Source of the DNA: Paracoccaceae bacterium
Lineage (GTDB): Bacteria; Pseudomonadota; Alphaproteobacteria; Rhodobacterales; Rhodobacteraceae
DNA: 64,000 nt
Reading direction: 5' to 3'
Assembly: GCA_965221445.1 (NCBI GenBank)
Contig: CBDCSF010000004.1
Location: 5,556 to 69,555, forward strand
The notes below the pieces were generated by a model. The model had not been told where the DNA came from. It searched no databases and saw nothing but the letters and a program-made list of their open reading frames with translations. Below, piece after piece: positions 18,443-28,317 of the stretch. The position numbers and the translations under genes are program-made. The stretch's first letter is position 1. Every line of letters begins with the position of its first letter.

Positions 18443-20122
18443 CTAGGGGTGAAAAGTTGAAGTTGGCTGAGGAGTGGCCTCTTGTTTGGGTTCAGGGTCA
18501 TAATCTGTTGCTAGGTCAGGGTTCGGGTCAAAGCCCAGTTCACTTGCCATCTGAGGCAAATCAAGAGCTTTAATTCCTTTAGCACCCCATTTGCCTTTCT
18601 GAGCATCCGTAAACACAGGAGCAATAAAGAGGTGTTCAATATTAGGCGGTCGGGTCAGGCCGTTCTGATCATAAAGGCTGGCCAGAGAGTTTTCAAAATA
18701 GGAACCAGGTTTGGTGAAGGTGTCAAACTTTCCAGCATTCCTCTTGCAACTGGCAACCTTGCACGCAATAGCCTTGGCAAAGGGTTGATCAGCCATGTCG
18801 GCAAAAACATCAACTTCTGGACCATGGACAGTCTGGACATTGTACAATCCACCACAGGCCCGAATCCCAATCTCCTGAAAGCGCTGATCCTCAAAGAATT
18901 CCGCTGCAAGCCGTTCCAGATCAAGACCTTCATGACCAGTTGTCCGATGGAGTAACTGCGTAAACTTGACATTCGGTTTGCCGCTACTCAGACCTTGCTG
19001 GTTCAGCCCAAGCCTTTGGACCAGCAACTGGTGTCTCGTGTCATTGTCGATGATGCGATACCGGGACGGGGTTGTTTCCTCAGGCCCATAACTTTGTATG
19101 CCTTGGATCATTCGGAGATGATGCTCCAGCATGACCAGATTTCGTTCGACAGTCTTTTGCCATTCGTACTTACCGAACTCCTTGATTTTATCAGGCTGGT
19201 TAAAAATTTCCGTTCGAGGTACACCACCTGGTTTACCCGCACATAGTATGTACAAGAGATTTTCAGCCTCAGGGTTGAGTTCGATATAAGACTTGTAATT
19301 GTAGGCTTCTTCGGGATTCAACAAGGGACGAAGCGATTCATGACGCCAGAAATAGAGACGCCAACTTTCAAAATCAGTACAGACTAAATTCGGGTCTCTT
19401 CCCTCATACTTACGATAAGACGTCCAGAGGCCAGGAATTCCACCATAAACGGAATAGAGAGTCAGAAACTGGCGGGCATCCCGAAGCCAGCCTTGATCAC
19501 AGGCCATCTGCAGGAGCGGTGCGGTTGTCAACTGTTGCAGGGTTATGCCAAAAGAAAACCTGTTATAAAGAGGTTCTTTGTCACTACCCAGCAGCCTCAT
19601 CATGTTTTGCTGATGCGATCCCGCTACAACTAAACCACCACCGGTGTAGGGTGTCTGTGTGGAGAGGTTTTCATCCTGAATGAGTTTGATCTTGCTGACA
19701 AGACCATTATAAATTTCAATATTATGGAATTCATCAAGGCACACAACTGCACCTTTTGTAACGAGATGACTGAGCTGGCGGGAAAAAGAATCTATATAAT
19801 GTCCTGGTTTGTTCGCATCATAATCCAACATGAGATCACGAAGACCTTCGGCCTGAATCCTCCTGCCCAACTCTCGGCCCAGATCTTCTGAAGATTGAAG
19901 TGTATCGGGAATTTCCATGTACAGAACGGGTTTCTGTTGATTCTGAGGAATTGATCGAATATTGGAGATGACAGCGCTTAGCAATTCGGTCTTGCCAATC
20001 CGGCGGCGACCAATGAGACGAGTACCAACAGCATGATCTCTTTGCATGCTGGTTTGGAGTTTTCCTATTTCTTCATCACGGCCATAAAACCGCCAGGGAT
20101 TTGAACTGCTTTTGGTCATCAT
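18443..20122 (-). CDS. ATPase (archaeal-type ATPase, PF01637-like) with a C-terminal DUF234-like nuclease-fold domain
   Basis: N-terminus WRFYGRDEEIGKL...LIGRRRIGKTELL (Walker A). Walker B VVCLDEFHNI. C-terminal EVDVFAD...ASCKR resembles DUF234. Confidence 0.65.
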   Translation of the reverse strand: MMTKSSSNPWRFYGRDEEIGKLQTSMQRDHAVGTRLIGRRRIGKTELLSAVISNIRSIPQNQQKPVLYMEIPDTLQSSEDLGRELGRRIQAEGLRDLMLDYDANKPGHYIDSFSRQLSHLVTKGAVVCLDEFHNIEIYNGLVSKIKLIQDENLSTQTPYTGGGLVVAGSHQQNMMRLLGSDKEPLYNRFSFGITLQQLTTAPLLQMACDQGWLRDARQFLTLYSVYGGIPGLWTSYRKYEGRDPNLVCTDFESWRLYFWRHESLRPLLNPEEAYNYKSYIELNPEAENLLYILCAGKPGGVPRTEIFNQPDKIKEFGKYEWQKTVERNLVMLEHHLRMIQGIQSYGPEETTPSRYRIIDNDTRHQLLVQRLGLNQQGLSSGKPNVKFTQLLHRTTGHEGLDLERLAAEFFEDQRFQEIGIRACGGLYNVQTVHGPEVDVFADMADQPFAKAIACKVASCKRNAGKFDTFTKPGSYFENSLASLYDQNGLTRPPNIEHLFIAPVFTDAQKGKWGAKGIKALDLPQMASELGFDPNPDLATDYDPEPKQEATPQPTSTFHP

Positions 20123-20295
20123 CGTTCCTTATCCTAACTTCTATGCATGTGAGTACATGTCAGCACCCTCTCATATAAGGCCTGACATGATCATTCGCAA
20201 GGAAAACAGTGATGAATTGGACTGCTGAGACTGTTATGAAACTTCCATCCTTGAGCTTCAAAATACTCGTGGTAATTTATAGGAATTCCAGAATT

Positions 20296-21114
20296 CTACC
20301 TTACAGCCTTGAGAGGAAAGGTGCCGTTAGTCAACATACTGATGGATCCTGCTATGGTTTCATCCAGTTTGGGACTGCTGAGCTCATAGGAAGGTTTTTT
20401 GCCAGGTTCTCTTTCCACTGCATCACGATACCAGCCATCCTGTCCCAAACCCAGATATACCATTTCCGTATCAGACGGTTGGTATTTGACAATCGGATTA
20501 AAGAGTGCCCTGTTTCGAAACAGTTTTTTACGTTTGGCAGGAGTAAGTTTTACTACCAACGGACAGGGAACATTATCAAAAATAACATCACCTCGAGAAA
20601 TATCATCCATTAAACAGTCGCTGCGAGATACACCAAACCAAAGTTCAAGATAATATCTCATTGTGGCTATTGAAGAAAAACTGGCGACAGGTTCGTAATC
20701 CCCTTGGCATGTTTCGTTTACCAGGAAAGCCCCAACAAACTGTTTACTGCTACCGGGAGGGCGATAATCTGAAAGGTACAGCCACTGTTCCTCGAATGGG
20801 TAATCAAATCCTTCTTGTTGTAATCTTGATCCAAGATGATCTAAATCTTCGAAGTGAAGTCTTTCGCACTCCAGCACCTCTCCCCTGTATTCATCATATG
20901 ATTCCTGCTCCATGTTTGGTTCGAGATAGCGGACCGAAGCCAGGAAAGCCCAGGATTTACCTATAGTAACCAGAAAAGTGTTGAAGGGGTCGTTTTTGTA
21001 CATGACGTGCTCTACTCCTATTGTTAACGCTATATGAATTTGACTTTTCCAATGATTCAATTGGAAGGGATCCATCAAGATTGCATCGAAAACGTTTTCT
21101 GTTGTGAAGGTCAT
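20296..21114 (-). CDS. hypothetical protein, paralog of the C-terminal half of 21442-22440
   Basis: ATG 21114 follows GGGGAGAG plus 7 nt. Shared blocks: LTPAKRKKLFRNRALFNPIVKY / LTTSEHRKLRLQGVFHTPIIKF, and GQDGWYRDA / ADDGWYRQA. Confidence 0.5.
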   Translation of the reverse strand: MTFTTENVFDAILMDPFQLNHWKSQIHIALTIGVEHVMYKNDPFNTFLVTIGKSWAFLASVRYLEPNMEQESYDEYRGEVLECERLHFEDLDHLGSRLQQEGFDYPFEEQWLYLSDYRPPGSSKQFVGAFLVNETCQGDYEPVASFSSIATMRYYLELWFGVSRSDCLMDDISRGDVIFDNVPCPLVVKLTPAKRKKLFRNRALFNPIVKYQPSDTEMVYLGLGQDGWYRDAVEREPGKKPSYELSSPKLDETIAGSISMLTNGTFPLKAVR

Positions 21115-21457
21115 ACCAGTTCTCTCCCCAGATTGGCATGTTGATGGAACGGGCAAACCAGTATTCAGCAAGAGCTCCGGAAGATTTCTCCCAGCCCGGT
21201 AGCATGAAGATCCCATGACATTGGGTGGCAAGTACCATGATATCATGAAGCATGATGATTCTGATATCCAGGGGGGATTTCGTATCAGGTTTATCGGTTG
21301 GTTTGTCCTGCAAGTCATGAGGATTGATTGAGGCGTATCCCAGAGAATCCAGATATGTGACCGCCTTTGCAAAGGCGGGACGGTTACCTGATTTCTTGCC
21401 CCTTATCGGTCCTGAAATATAGAGGGAGGGTGGATGGTTTGTCACGGTTTCAGCCAT
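20957..21457 (-). CDS. DUF4406 (nucleoside 2-deoxyribosyltransferase-like fold) protein
   Basis: LYISGPIRG...NRPAF...INP...GIFMLPGWEKSSGALAEYWFARSINMPIW matches the DUF4406 pattern. The last ~50 codons are low-quality and overlap the next gene. Confidence 0.65.
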   Translation of the reverse strand: MAETVTNHPPSLYISGPIRGKKSGNRPAFAKAVTYLDSLGYASINPHDLQDKPTDKPDTKSPLDIRIIMLHDIMVLATQCHGIFMLPGWEKSSGALAEYWFARSINMPIWGENWYDLHNRKRFRCNLDGSLPIESLEKSNSYSVNNRSRARHVQKRPLQHFSGYYR

Positions 21458-22440
21458 TTTCCGCTGGAATTCCGAAATTTGTACAGGCTGCGAAGAATGG
21501 TTTGACCAGCCCTGGGGGATGTGATGTCGGTGTTCATTCTGGTATGGGCAGATTTGTTGAGACTAAACTGTTCTTCATCATCGCCAGGGTTAGAATGTTT
21601 CCTGGATGGATAATGAAAAACAGGTCTAGCCTGACGATACCAGCCATCATCCGCCAGATGCAGACAAAAAAACGTTTTTTTGGAAGAAGAATAGGGGGGA
21701 TGGGGTACACAAAACTTGATGATTGGAGTATGGAACACCCCCTGCAGTCGTAATTTGCGGTGTTCGGAAGTGGTGAGGGACCAGTGTTTGAATTTATCAT
21801 CTTCGTCAATCCATCGATGCCATTCCAGTCTGAGACGATCCTCCTGTTCAAAGAACCAGATCATGCGTGCCAGAGAGGTAAAAGCCAACATGTCCTGCCT
21901 GCTGTCCCTGGTGACGAGATAACAGTATAACTCCTTCTTTGTTCCACGGGGTGTTGGGGGAGCCCAGTCGGAAATGGAAGACCATAGATTTTCAGTGTCA
22001 TCCGGCATGAGTTTTTTACGTTTGCCATACATTTCCGAAATTTGGGTCATCAAATCATCGGCATTTTCCAGCTGTTTCTCAAATTGAGACCTTTCGAAGT
22101 TCTTAATCAACCTTCTTGTGGATAGGGTGACAGTAACAACCCTGCATTCAACAAAACGGTTACCACCCAGGGGAGTGGTTATTCGCATTCCAGCTCTGAG
22201 ACCACCTGGGAAGTATGGGGTGGTCAAGGCAGGGTTATCTTGCCGGGTTGTTGCAGTAACCCGATCCAACTTATCACGCAGATTATTTTCCATCTCCTGT
22301 AGTGGTTGAAAGAAGGGATTCAATATCAAAACGCCCGAATCATACAGATCCCGCCTCAGGTAGTCCCTTGTTTCCTTGCTTGAGTGTTTCCTCAATTCAG
22401 AACCATTGGCAACATTCGTGTCCAATTCGACACCATACAT
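21442..22440 (-). CDS. hypothetical protein (332 aa), first gene of the minus-strand cassette
   Basis: Long ORF divergent from the T4BSS operon. It overlaps the DUF4406 start by 16 nt. Its C-terminal half is paralogous to 20296-21114. Confidence 0.55.
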   Translation of the reverse strand: MYGVELDTNVANGSELRKHSSKETRDYLRRDLYDSGVLILNPFFQPLQEMENNLRDKLDRVTATTRQDNPALTTPYFPGGLRAGMRITTPLGGNRFVECRVVTVTLSTRRLIKNFERSQFEKQLENADDLMTQISEMYGKRKKLMPDDTENLWSSISDWAPPTPRGTKKELYCYLVTRDSRQDMLAFTSLARMIWFFEQEDRLRLEWHRWIDEDDKFKHWSLTTSEHRKLRLQGVFHTPIIKFCVPHPPYSSSKKTFFCLHLADDGWYRQARPVFHYPSRKHSNPGDDEEQFSLNKSAHTRMNTDITSPRAGQTILRSLYKFRNSSGKWLKP

Positions 22441-22501
22441 GTTTCAACTCTCATAAATGAACTACAAAAAATATCAATAGTAGGTTATTTAATATTAATA
22501 T

Positions 22502-22549
22502 AACTACTAAACACTACATTAACAAATATATGTAGTTTTATTAACTACA
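22502..22549. promoter_or_regulatory. Box 1 copy plus palindrome in the divergent promoter region
   Basis: AACTACTAAACACTACATT at 22502-22520. Palindrome TGTAGTT-TTATT-AACTACA at 22531-22549. Extra AACTACA at 22460-22466. Confidence 0.6.
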
Positions 22550-22669
22550 GGAATCATTATCATGCCAGGGCAGCCAATCTTTTTGTGTATGCTCATCGCT
22601 TTGCTCTTTATACACATCGGCTTCGTTCTTATGATTGCTCAAGGTTTTCACAAATTTGGAGGATCATCC

Positions 22670-23062
22670 GTGACAAAAAAGAGAAGATCATCAATTACTA
22701 CCTTTCTGATAACCGGTCTCTGCCTGATGCTGGTAGCACCACTGGTCCATGCCCAGTCTTCTCAGGATTTCGGTTCCATTGCCGACAATTTACGGGGGCA
22801 GCTTTCCAATTTCGGTCAGCTGGTAGGCGGTGTATCTGCCCTGGCCGGAATTTGCCTGGCCATGATCAGCATGGTGAAGTTCAGAAATTACTCTTCCAAT
22901 CCACAGGATCCAAACAACAAGCTCAGCTCGGTCCTGGCTTATCTGATCGTCGGTGTTGCCCTGATCGGTTTACCGGAACTGCTTGATGTCGGAATAACAT
23001 CCCTGTTCGGCGGGGGATCACCAACCACGACTGATTTTGATGGCAACAATCTCCTGAATTGA
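22670..23062 (+). CDS. small T4BSS inner-membrane protein (IcmD/DotP / TraR-like; a VirB2-like pilin fold is not excluded)
   Basis: GTG 22670 follows GGAGG plus 7 nt (ORF-track start 22562; ATG 22631 also in frame). It has a signal-like segment ending VHAQS and two further hydrophobic helices. It lies immediately upstream of IcmJ-IcmB. Confidence 0.5.
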   Translation: MTKKRRSSITTFLITGLCLMLVAPLVHAQSSQDFGSIADNLRGQLSNFGQLVGGVSALAGICLAMISMVKFRNYSSNPQDPNNKLSSVLAYLIVGVALIGLPELLDVGITSLFGGGSPTTTDFDGNNLLN

Positions 23063-23096
23063 GAGGTCACCATAGACCCAGGGATCCTGACCTTCA

Positions 23097-23900
23097 ATGC
23101 CTCTTCTGTTTCCCCATGATCCTGCCATTGCCAGTCTCGGGGCAGCAGATCACCTATGGCGGGCACAGCCCTATCTTGAGATCTGTCGAATGGTACTGGA
23201 TCGTGATCACCACACCTGCATTGATTGCGGGATCAGGATCCCCGGCTGGATGGAAATACATCATGTGAATCAGGATCACGATGATTTCAGGCGGGAAAAT
23301 CTGACAGCCATCTGCCATTTCTGCCATCTTCTCCATCATCCACTGCAGTTTGGACATTTTGACCATGAACCACCCCTGGTTCTTCTGCGATGGCCGGGTA
23401 TCGAACAGGCAAAACTCCAGAACCTTGCCTGGCTTCTGCTTTATTTCGAACACGGGTATGAATTGAAGGAATATGATGAGGTGAATACCGAAAAAGCCCT
23501 GCTTCATCAGGTTTCCTATCCGGCCATAGAAAATCACATCAAGGAAATTCGCAAGGAATTGGAACTCCGTCAGAACAAGGTCGGAAAATGGGGCGGGGTT
23601 ACGCTGGCCAGTATGCTGGAATATGCCCTTCAGGAAGGGGAACCTGAATCCTGGTCGGAATTGCGTTTTTTCCCTGCCGGGCTGGTGATGCCCAGACGGC
23701 AGTTGGGACTGTTAAGCATGGCAACCCCGGAACTGGTATCCATTCACTTTCTCAATCCCGACAATCCTCTTGAGTCTGCAGGCATTCATGGTAATCCCTT
23801 ATTGCAGGTATTGCATCCCGTCTATCGGGACAGGCGAATACTCGAAAGTGGACAGGAACGATTGTCCCGACATCAAGAAATTTCAGCAGAACCGGCATGA
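23097..23900 (+). CDS. IcmJ/DotN (TraT-like) zinc-binding T4BSS protein with an HNH-like motif
   Basis: CIDCG...EIHHVNQDHDDFRRENLTAICHFCHLLHH. The stop overlaps the icmB start (ATGA). Confidence 0.55.
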   Translation: MPLLFPHDPAIASLGAADHLWRAQPYLEICRMVLDRDHHTCIDCGIRIPGWMEIHHVNQDHDDFRRENLTAICHFCHLLHHPLQFGHFDHEPPLVLLRWPGIEQAKLQNLAWLLLYFEHGYELKEYDEVNTEKALLHQVSYPAIENHIKEIRKELELRQNKVGKWGGVTLASMLEYALQEGEPESWSELRFFPAGLVMPRRQLGLLSMATPELVSIHFLNPDNPLESAGIHGNPLLQVLHPVYRDRRILESGQERLSRHQEISAEPA

Positions 23901-26900
23901 TCAATCGGGTGGTTACATCACTGATTGATACCGTTTTCAAGCGATCGGTAGACCAGCACATTATGGTCAGGGGTGCTGAAAATGAATCAACCCTGTATAC
24001 CAGTGAGGGTGGACTGGTTACCATCATGAGCTGGCATGGAACAACAGCTTCGAGGAGCAATCGTGAACTCTCCAGCCTGATTACAAGGATGAGAGCATCC
24101 CTGGCCAGTCTGATGACAGACTCCGGGCATGCCATCCAGATTACCTTCAGTCGGGATACCCGACAGGCCATGTCCCGTGTCCATCAACTGGTCCGAAGGT
24201 TGCAGAACCAGTGTACTCTCATGGAGCTTGAACTGGAGGTTCTGCTTGAAGAGAGAAAATCATTGCTGACCAGTTCAGCAGAAGGTGAACGGTCACATCT
24301 GATCATATATTCACATCCCTCTGCTATCAGCCGGGCAGAACAGGCTGAATTTACCGACAGTCTGAAGCATGAGAATCAGGGGGAAAACCTCCCCTTGCCA
24401 TCAAGTCAGGTTCCAGGCCAGATTGCCCAAACTCTTTACGATCGGCATGAAACTTTTTGTCAATCGGTACGTCAGGTATTTTGTGATTCCCATCAGGATA
24501 TCCGTCTACTGTCAGCAATGGAACAGGCTACCGTGATTGCGGCCGAACTGGTTCCTGGCATGGGCGGAGACATGGAGTTGTGGACACCACGCCTGCTGGA
24601 GATGGCCGGGAAAAATACCAACCATATCCCCGAGAAAAGGGAAAAGACTTTATTTTACCGTCCTCTTCCTCCCCACCATCTGCCGACTGGTCAAGCCCAG
24701 GTCAGGGGCAGGGATTTGTGTTTTCTTGGTCTGGAACATCTCGGATTACAAATTGCCAGGGATCAGGCAACAACCCATCCTGATGGCTTGTTGATTATTG
24801 ACAATCAGGTCCTGGCCGGGTTTGATCTGGTTCTTGCTCCCCAGCTGGTCCTTCCCTTCAATGAACTTTTGCAACACTGTCTCAATGATGGCAGAGGTTA
24901 TCGGTGGCGCATGAGTTGGCTGATGGAACCAAGGGGGTTTCAGGGGCAGATTCTCAAGAGAACGGTAAGTGAAATCTTCACGTTTCTGTCGCGCCATCAT
25001 AACAGTAGGATACGGGATGCCTTTCGGGACCTGGAAGCCATAGATGGCCAAGACGACACGATTGTCAGAATGCGCATTTGTTTTGCCCTCTGGAGTGAAA
25101 AATCCAATCTTGCCGAGGTCAGAAAACTGGTTTCAAGTCTACGAAGGGCCATTGAAAGATGGGGTGATTGCCGTACCGATATGCTTACCGGTGATCCGAT
25201 TGCCACCACCCTGGCCAGCATGCCCGGGAATGGAATTAATGCTACAGCTCCACCCATGGCCTTGCCCCTGACCCATGCCCTGGCCCTGCTGCCTTTCAAT
25301 CGACCGGTCTCACCCTGGAATGAAGGATCGGTAACACTGCTGACACCGGATGGTCGGCTTTGGCCCTACCAGTCCGCCTCGAATCTGCAGGACAGCTGGT
25401 GTGATCTAATCGTTGGAACACCCGGGAGTGGCAAGTCTGTCCTGCTGAATAGCCTGAATTTCGGGGCCCTTCTTGCTCCCAACCCGTCAGCAGCAGGTTC
25501 GAATCTCTTGCCCCTGGTCAGTATAATCGACATTGGTGCCTCAAGTACAGGACTTGGCGATCTGGTAACCGATGCCCTGCCACCGGAAAAACGATACCAG
25601 GTACAGATGGTCAGGCTGGCCAATACGGCCCGCCAGGCCATAAACATTTTCGATACGGAAATCGGTTGTCGCGAACCGTTGCCCCTGGAACTCGGTTTCC
25701 AGAGCAATTTCCTTCAGATTCTGCTTGCTGACGCCGGTGAGGATTCAGTTCGGTTGTCTGGACTGATCAGGCACCTGGTTCAGGATGCCTACAGAATGTT
25801 TTCCGATGAACATACACCCAAGCCCTATATCAGGGGTACCCACCCCAACCTTGATCAGGCGATAGAAGATCTGGGACTGGCTATTGATCGTGAAACCACC
25901 TGGTGGGAACTGGTTGATCTGTTCAGTGATCAGGATGAGTGGACCTGGGCTGAAGAAGCTCAACGGCAGGCAGTGCCGGTGTTGACTGATCTGCCCGTCA
26001 TACTGCGTACACCTGACATCAGAACAACCTATCGTGAAATGGGAATGGATGGTGGTGAAAAAGCCCTGGCTGCCATGGTTCGTCTCATCAACGAAGCGGT
26101 TACCACCTGGCCGATGCTGGGCCATCCAACACGGTTTGCCATGGGAAATGCCAGGTTGAAAATGGTTGATCTCCAGGATGTGACGGGACGGGGTTCTACC
26201 GAACAGGCACAACGCCGGTCGTCCCTGATGTATCTGCTGGCAAGGCATGTTGTAATGAGGGGATACTATCTTCATCAGGATGATGTTGCCGAGCTCAAAT
26301 TACGCCCCTCGCAAAAGAAACGCCTCATGGAAATCGCGACCATCAACCGCCAGCAGCCCAAAAGACTCTGTTACGACGAATTTCATCGAACGGGAGGATT
26401 GCCAGGAGTGGTGGCCCAGATTGAAACCGATGTGAGGGAAGGGCGCAAGCACAATGTCCAGCTCAGCCTGGCGTCACAACTACTGGGGGATTTTTCCGAA
26501 GCCGTCCGTAGCCTGGCAACCGGGACCTGGATCTGTTCGACGTTCCCCGATACCGAAATTTCCAATGTCCAGCAGATGATGGGGCTGGATGATGTGGAAA
26601 CTGAAATCATCCGTCATCAACTTGGTCCACCCACCCGCAAGGGATCGAATATCTACGTTATCCTTCAGACCAGAAGAGGATCTGTCCGCCAACTGTTGGT
26701 CAACAGGTTACCCCCTTCCGAAATATGGGCCTATTCCACTACTGCCGAGGATATGGCACTCCGCCAGATTCTGGCAGAACGGTTGGGTGGGACATTGGCC
26801 CGCCGGTTGTTGGGGGAAAGATTCCCAGGAGGATCAGCCCGATCGGAAATTACCCGGCGGCAAAACCGTTATATGGACAGTGCCAGTCGGCAGGCGGTTA

Positions 26901-26959
26901 TTCCAGAGCTGGCAGCTGAACTTTTGGAAACCATGCCGCCATTCGAGGAGTTTGACTGA
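23897..26959 (+). CDS. icmB: IcmB/DotO (TraU-like) T4BSS ATPase
   Basis: 1020 aa. Walker A LIVGTPGSGKSVLLNSL and Walker B-like RLCYDEFHRTGG. Size and position are typical of DotO. Confidence 0.85.
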   Translation: MINRVVTSLIDTVFKRSVDQHIMVRGAENESTLYTSEGGLVTIMSWHGTTASRSNRELSSLITRMRASLASLMTDSGHAIQITFSRDTRQAMSRVHQLVRRLQNQCTLMELELEVLLEERKSLLTSSAEGERSHLIIYSHPSAISRAEQAEFTDSLKHENQGENLPLPSSQVPGQIAQTLYDRHETFCQSVRQVFCDSHQDIRLLSAMEQATVIAAELVPGMGGDMELWTPRLLEMAGKNTNHIPEKREKTLFYRPLPPHHLPTGQAQVRGRDLCFLGLEHLGLQIARDQATTHPDGLLIIDNQVLAGFDLVLAPQLVLPFNELLQHCLNDGRGYRWRMSWLMEPRGFQGQILKRTVSEIFTFLSRHHNSRIRDAFRDLEAIDGQDDTIVRMRICFALWSEKSNLAEVRKLVSSLRRAIERWGDCRTDMLTGDPIATTLASMPGNGINATAPPMALPLTHALALLPFNRPVSPWNEGSVTLLTPDGRLWPYQSASNLQDSWCDLIVGTPGSGKSVLLNSLNFGALLAPNPSAAGSNLLPLVSIIDIGASSTGLGDLVTDALPPEKRYQVQMVRLANTARQAINIFDTEIGCREPLPLELGFQSNFLQILLADAGEDSVRLSGLIRHLVQDAYRMFSDEHTPKPYIRGTHPNLDQAIEDLGLAIDRETTWWELVDLFSDQDEWTWAEEAQRQAVPVLTDLPVILRTPDIRTTYREMGMDGGEKALAAMVRLINEAVTTWPMLGHPTRFAMGNARLKMVDLQDVTGRGSTEQAQRRSSLMYLLARHVVMRGYYLHQDDVAELKLRPSQKKRLMEIATINRQQPKRLCYDEFHRTGGLPGVVAQIETDVREGRKHNVQLSLASQLLGDFSEAVRSLATGTWICSTFPDTEISNVQQMMGLDDVETEIIRHQLGPPTRKGSNIYVILQTRRGSVRQLLVNRLPPSEIWAYSTTAEDMALRQILAERLGGTLARRLLGERFPGGSARSEITRRQNRYMDSASRQAVIPELAAELLETMPPFEEFD

Positions 26960-28317
26960 TGACTGGTTACCATCAGCGAGACAGTACACTTGATGCTCTC
27001 CTGTTGGGTGGGATTCTGATTACAGCAGCTGTTTGTCTGTGGTTTCTGTGGCGGGAGTGCATAATCTTTCTTGGTTTTGCCCTTTCCCTGGTTGTGGTCT
27101 TTCCTTTTGCCATGCTGGAGGCCGGATTGGCCTGGCTTGACATAATCATAGTTCCACTTATGCCGGTAGCAGAGGTTTGGCAACTCCTGACCAGGGAACC
27201 GTGGAGTAATTTGCAGGGATATTTTATTCCGGTCATGACCATAGGTGGGCGTTGTCTGGCCATTCTTGTGTTTCCATCACTTGTGCTGGGTTATCTGGGC
27301 AGCAAGCGTCTCAGACCGGATATGGTTTATCGACAACGGCACGATCTGGAATCGGCAATCAGGGAACTCGGCAGTATTTGGAGTTGTGCAAACTGGCTGA
27401 CCAAGGTCAATCCAGCCAGGGAAAGGGAAACAGCTGTCCCGGAAGAACAAATTGGACGAATCCGTCGGAAGCATGGACAATGGAAGGATATGTTCAAGAA
27501 AACCAGGGGGGCATTCCCCTGGAATGATACCTCCCTATCCGGTAGTTGGTTGTTACCGACAACCGAACCTCCCTATCAACCGCCTCTATTTGGAAGGGCA
27601 ATGCGCCCTGAAGAATGGCTTGCCGCCCATGGTTTTGATCGTAATGATGTGGATTTGGTGGTTACTGTTGACATGTTGCTTGCTCGCCAGCTGCAAAGAA
27701 AATGGATTGGTTGGCCGGCACTTCAAGAGCACCGGAAAGCCTTGCTGGCTGTCCTCGTCCTGATTGATCAGGGGCGAACAGACGAGGCCGAAGGAGTGAC
27801 CGACGATCTGATGAACATGATGGCGAAACCAGGTAAAGGTATGGATTTTGCCAGACTTTACAGTGAGCGTAATGACATCAGGTCCCGGGTGCAATCCATT
27901 CTGGCCGAACAGGAGGATATGATTACTGGGCTTGCTGAAGGTCATTTCTGGGCGGAAACCGTCATGGCGGAAGCGTGGATCAGATGTCGGGAAGGAAAAG
28001 GGGTATGGCCTTCGGCCCGATTCCAGTGGATGAAAATCATTGACCGACCATTGTGGTATACGATCTCATCTCTTGGAAGTCATGCCGTCTTTGTAGAATG
28101 TTCCGGTATTCTGGCCCATCATCTAGCAGAACGGCAATTGGAAATGCCTTTGGTGGTACCGAGAGTCAGACGGGCAAGTGAGGCCATAGTCTATGATTAT
28201 CTTGACCAGTCCCCGGAGAGAATCAAGGCCCGTAGCAAACGCGAGCATGTAGCAACACGACTTGTGCCGGGTCAAATCTGGCGAAGCGAAAAAGCAACCG
28301 GCGAGGTAATCCGGTGA
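26959..28317 (+). CDS. DotM/IcmP (TrbA-like) T4BSS coupling-complex membrane protein (tentative)
   Basis: N-terminal TM helices. C-terminal GHFWAETVMAEAW...ARFQWMKIIDRPLWYTISSLG...ECSGILAHHLAE resembles the DotM signature as remembered. TGATG overlap with icmB. Confidence 0.5.
   Translation: MTGYHQRDSTLDALLLGGILITAAVCLWFLWRECIIFLGFALSLVVVFPFAMLEAGLAWLDIIIVPLMPVAEVWQLLTREPWSNLQGYFIPVMTIGGRCLAILVFPSLVLGYLGSKRLRPDMVYRQRHDLESAIRELGSIWSCANWLTKVNPARERETAVPEEQIGRIRRKHGQWKDMFKKTRGAFPWNDTSLSGSWLLPTTEPPYQPPLFGRAMRPEEWLAAHGFDRNDVDLVVTVDMLLARQLQRKWIGWPALQEHRKALLAVLVLIDQGRTDEAEGVTDDLMNMMAKPGKGMDFARLYSERNDIRSRVQSILAEQEDMITGLAEGHFWAETVMAEAWIRCREGKGVWPSARFQWMKIIDRPLWYTISSLGSHAVFVECSGILAHHLAERQLEMPLVVPRVRRASEAIVYDYLDQSPERIKARSKREHVATRLVPGQIWRSEKATGEVIR

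Noticed and set aside
20296-21372. Full-length 358-aa version of the minus-strand ORF
   Set aside because: Its first 86 codons overlap the well-supported DUF4406 frame and look non-protein-like. A good RBS and ATG at 21114 give a 272-aa product, so the start was moved.
23097-23900. Stand-alone HNH homing or defence endonuclease
   Set aside because: The HNH-like Cys/His motif sits in a protein of IcmJ/DotN size and position (between icmD and icmB, translationally coupled). It was therefore called a zinc-binding T4BSS subunit rather than a nuclease.
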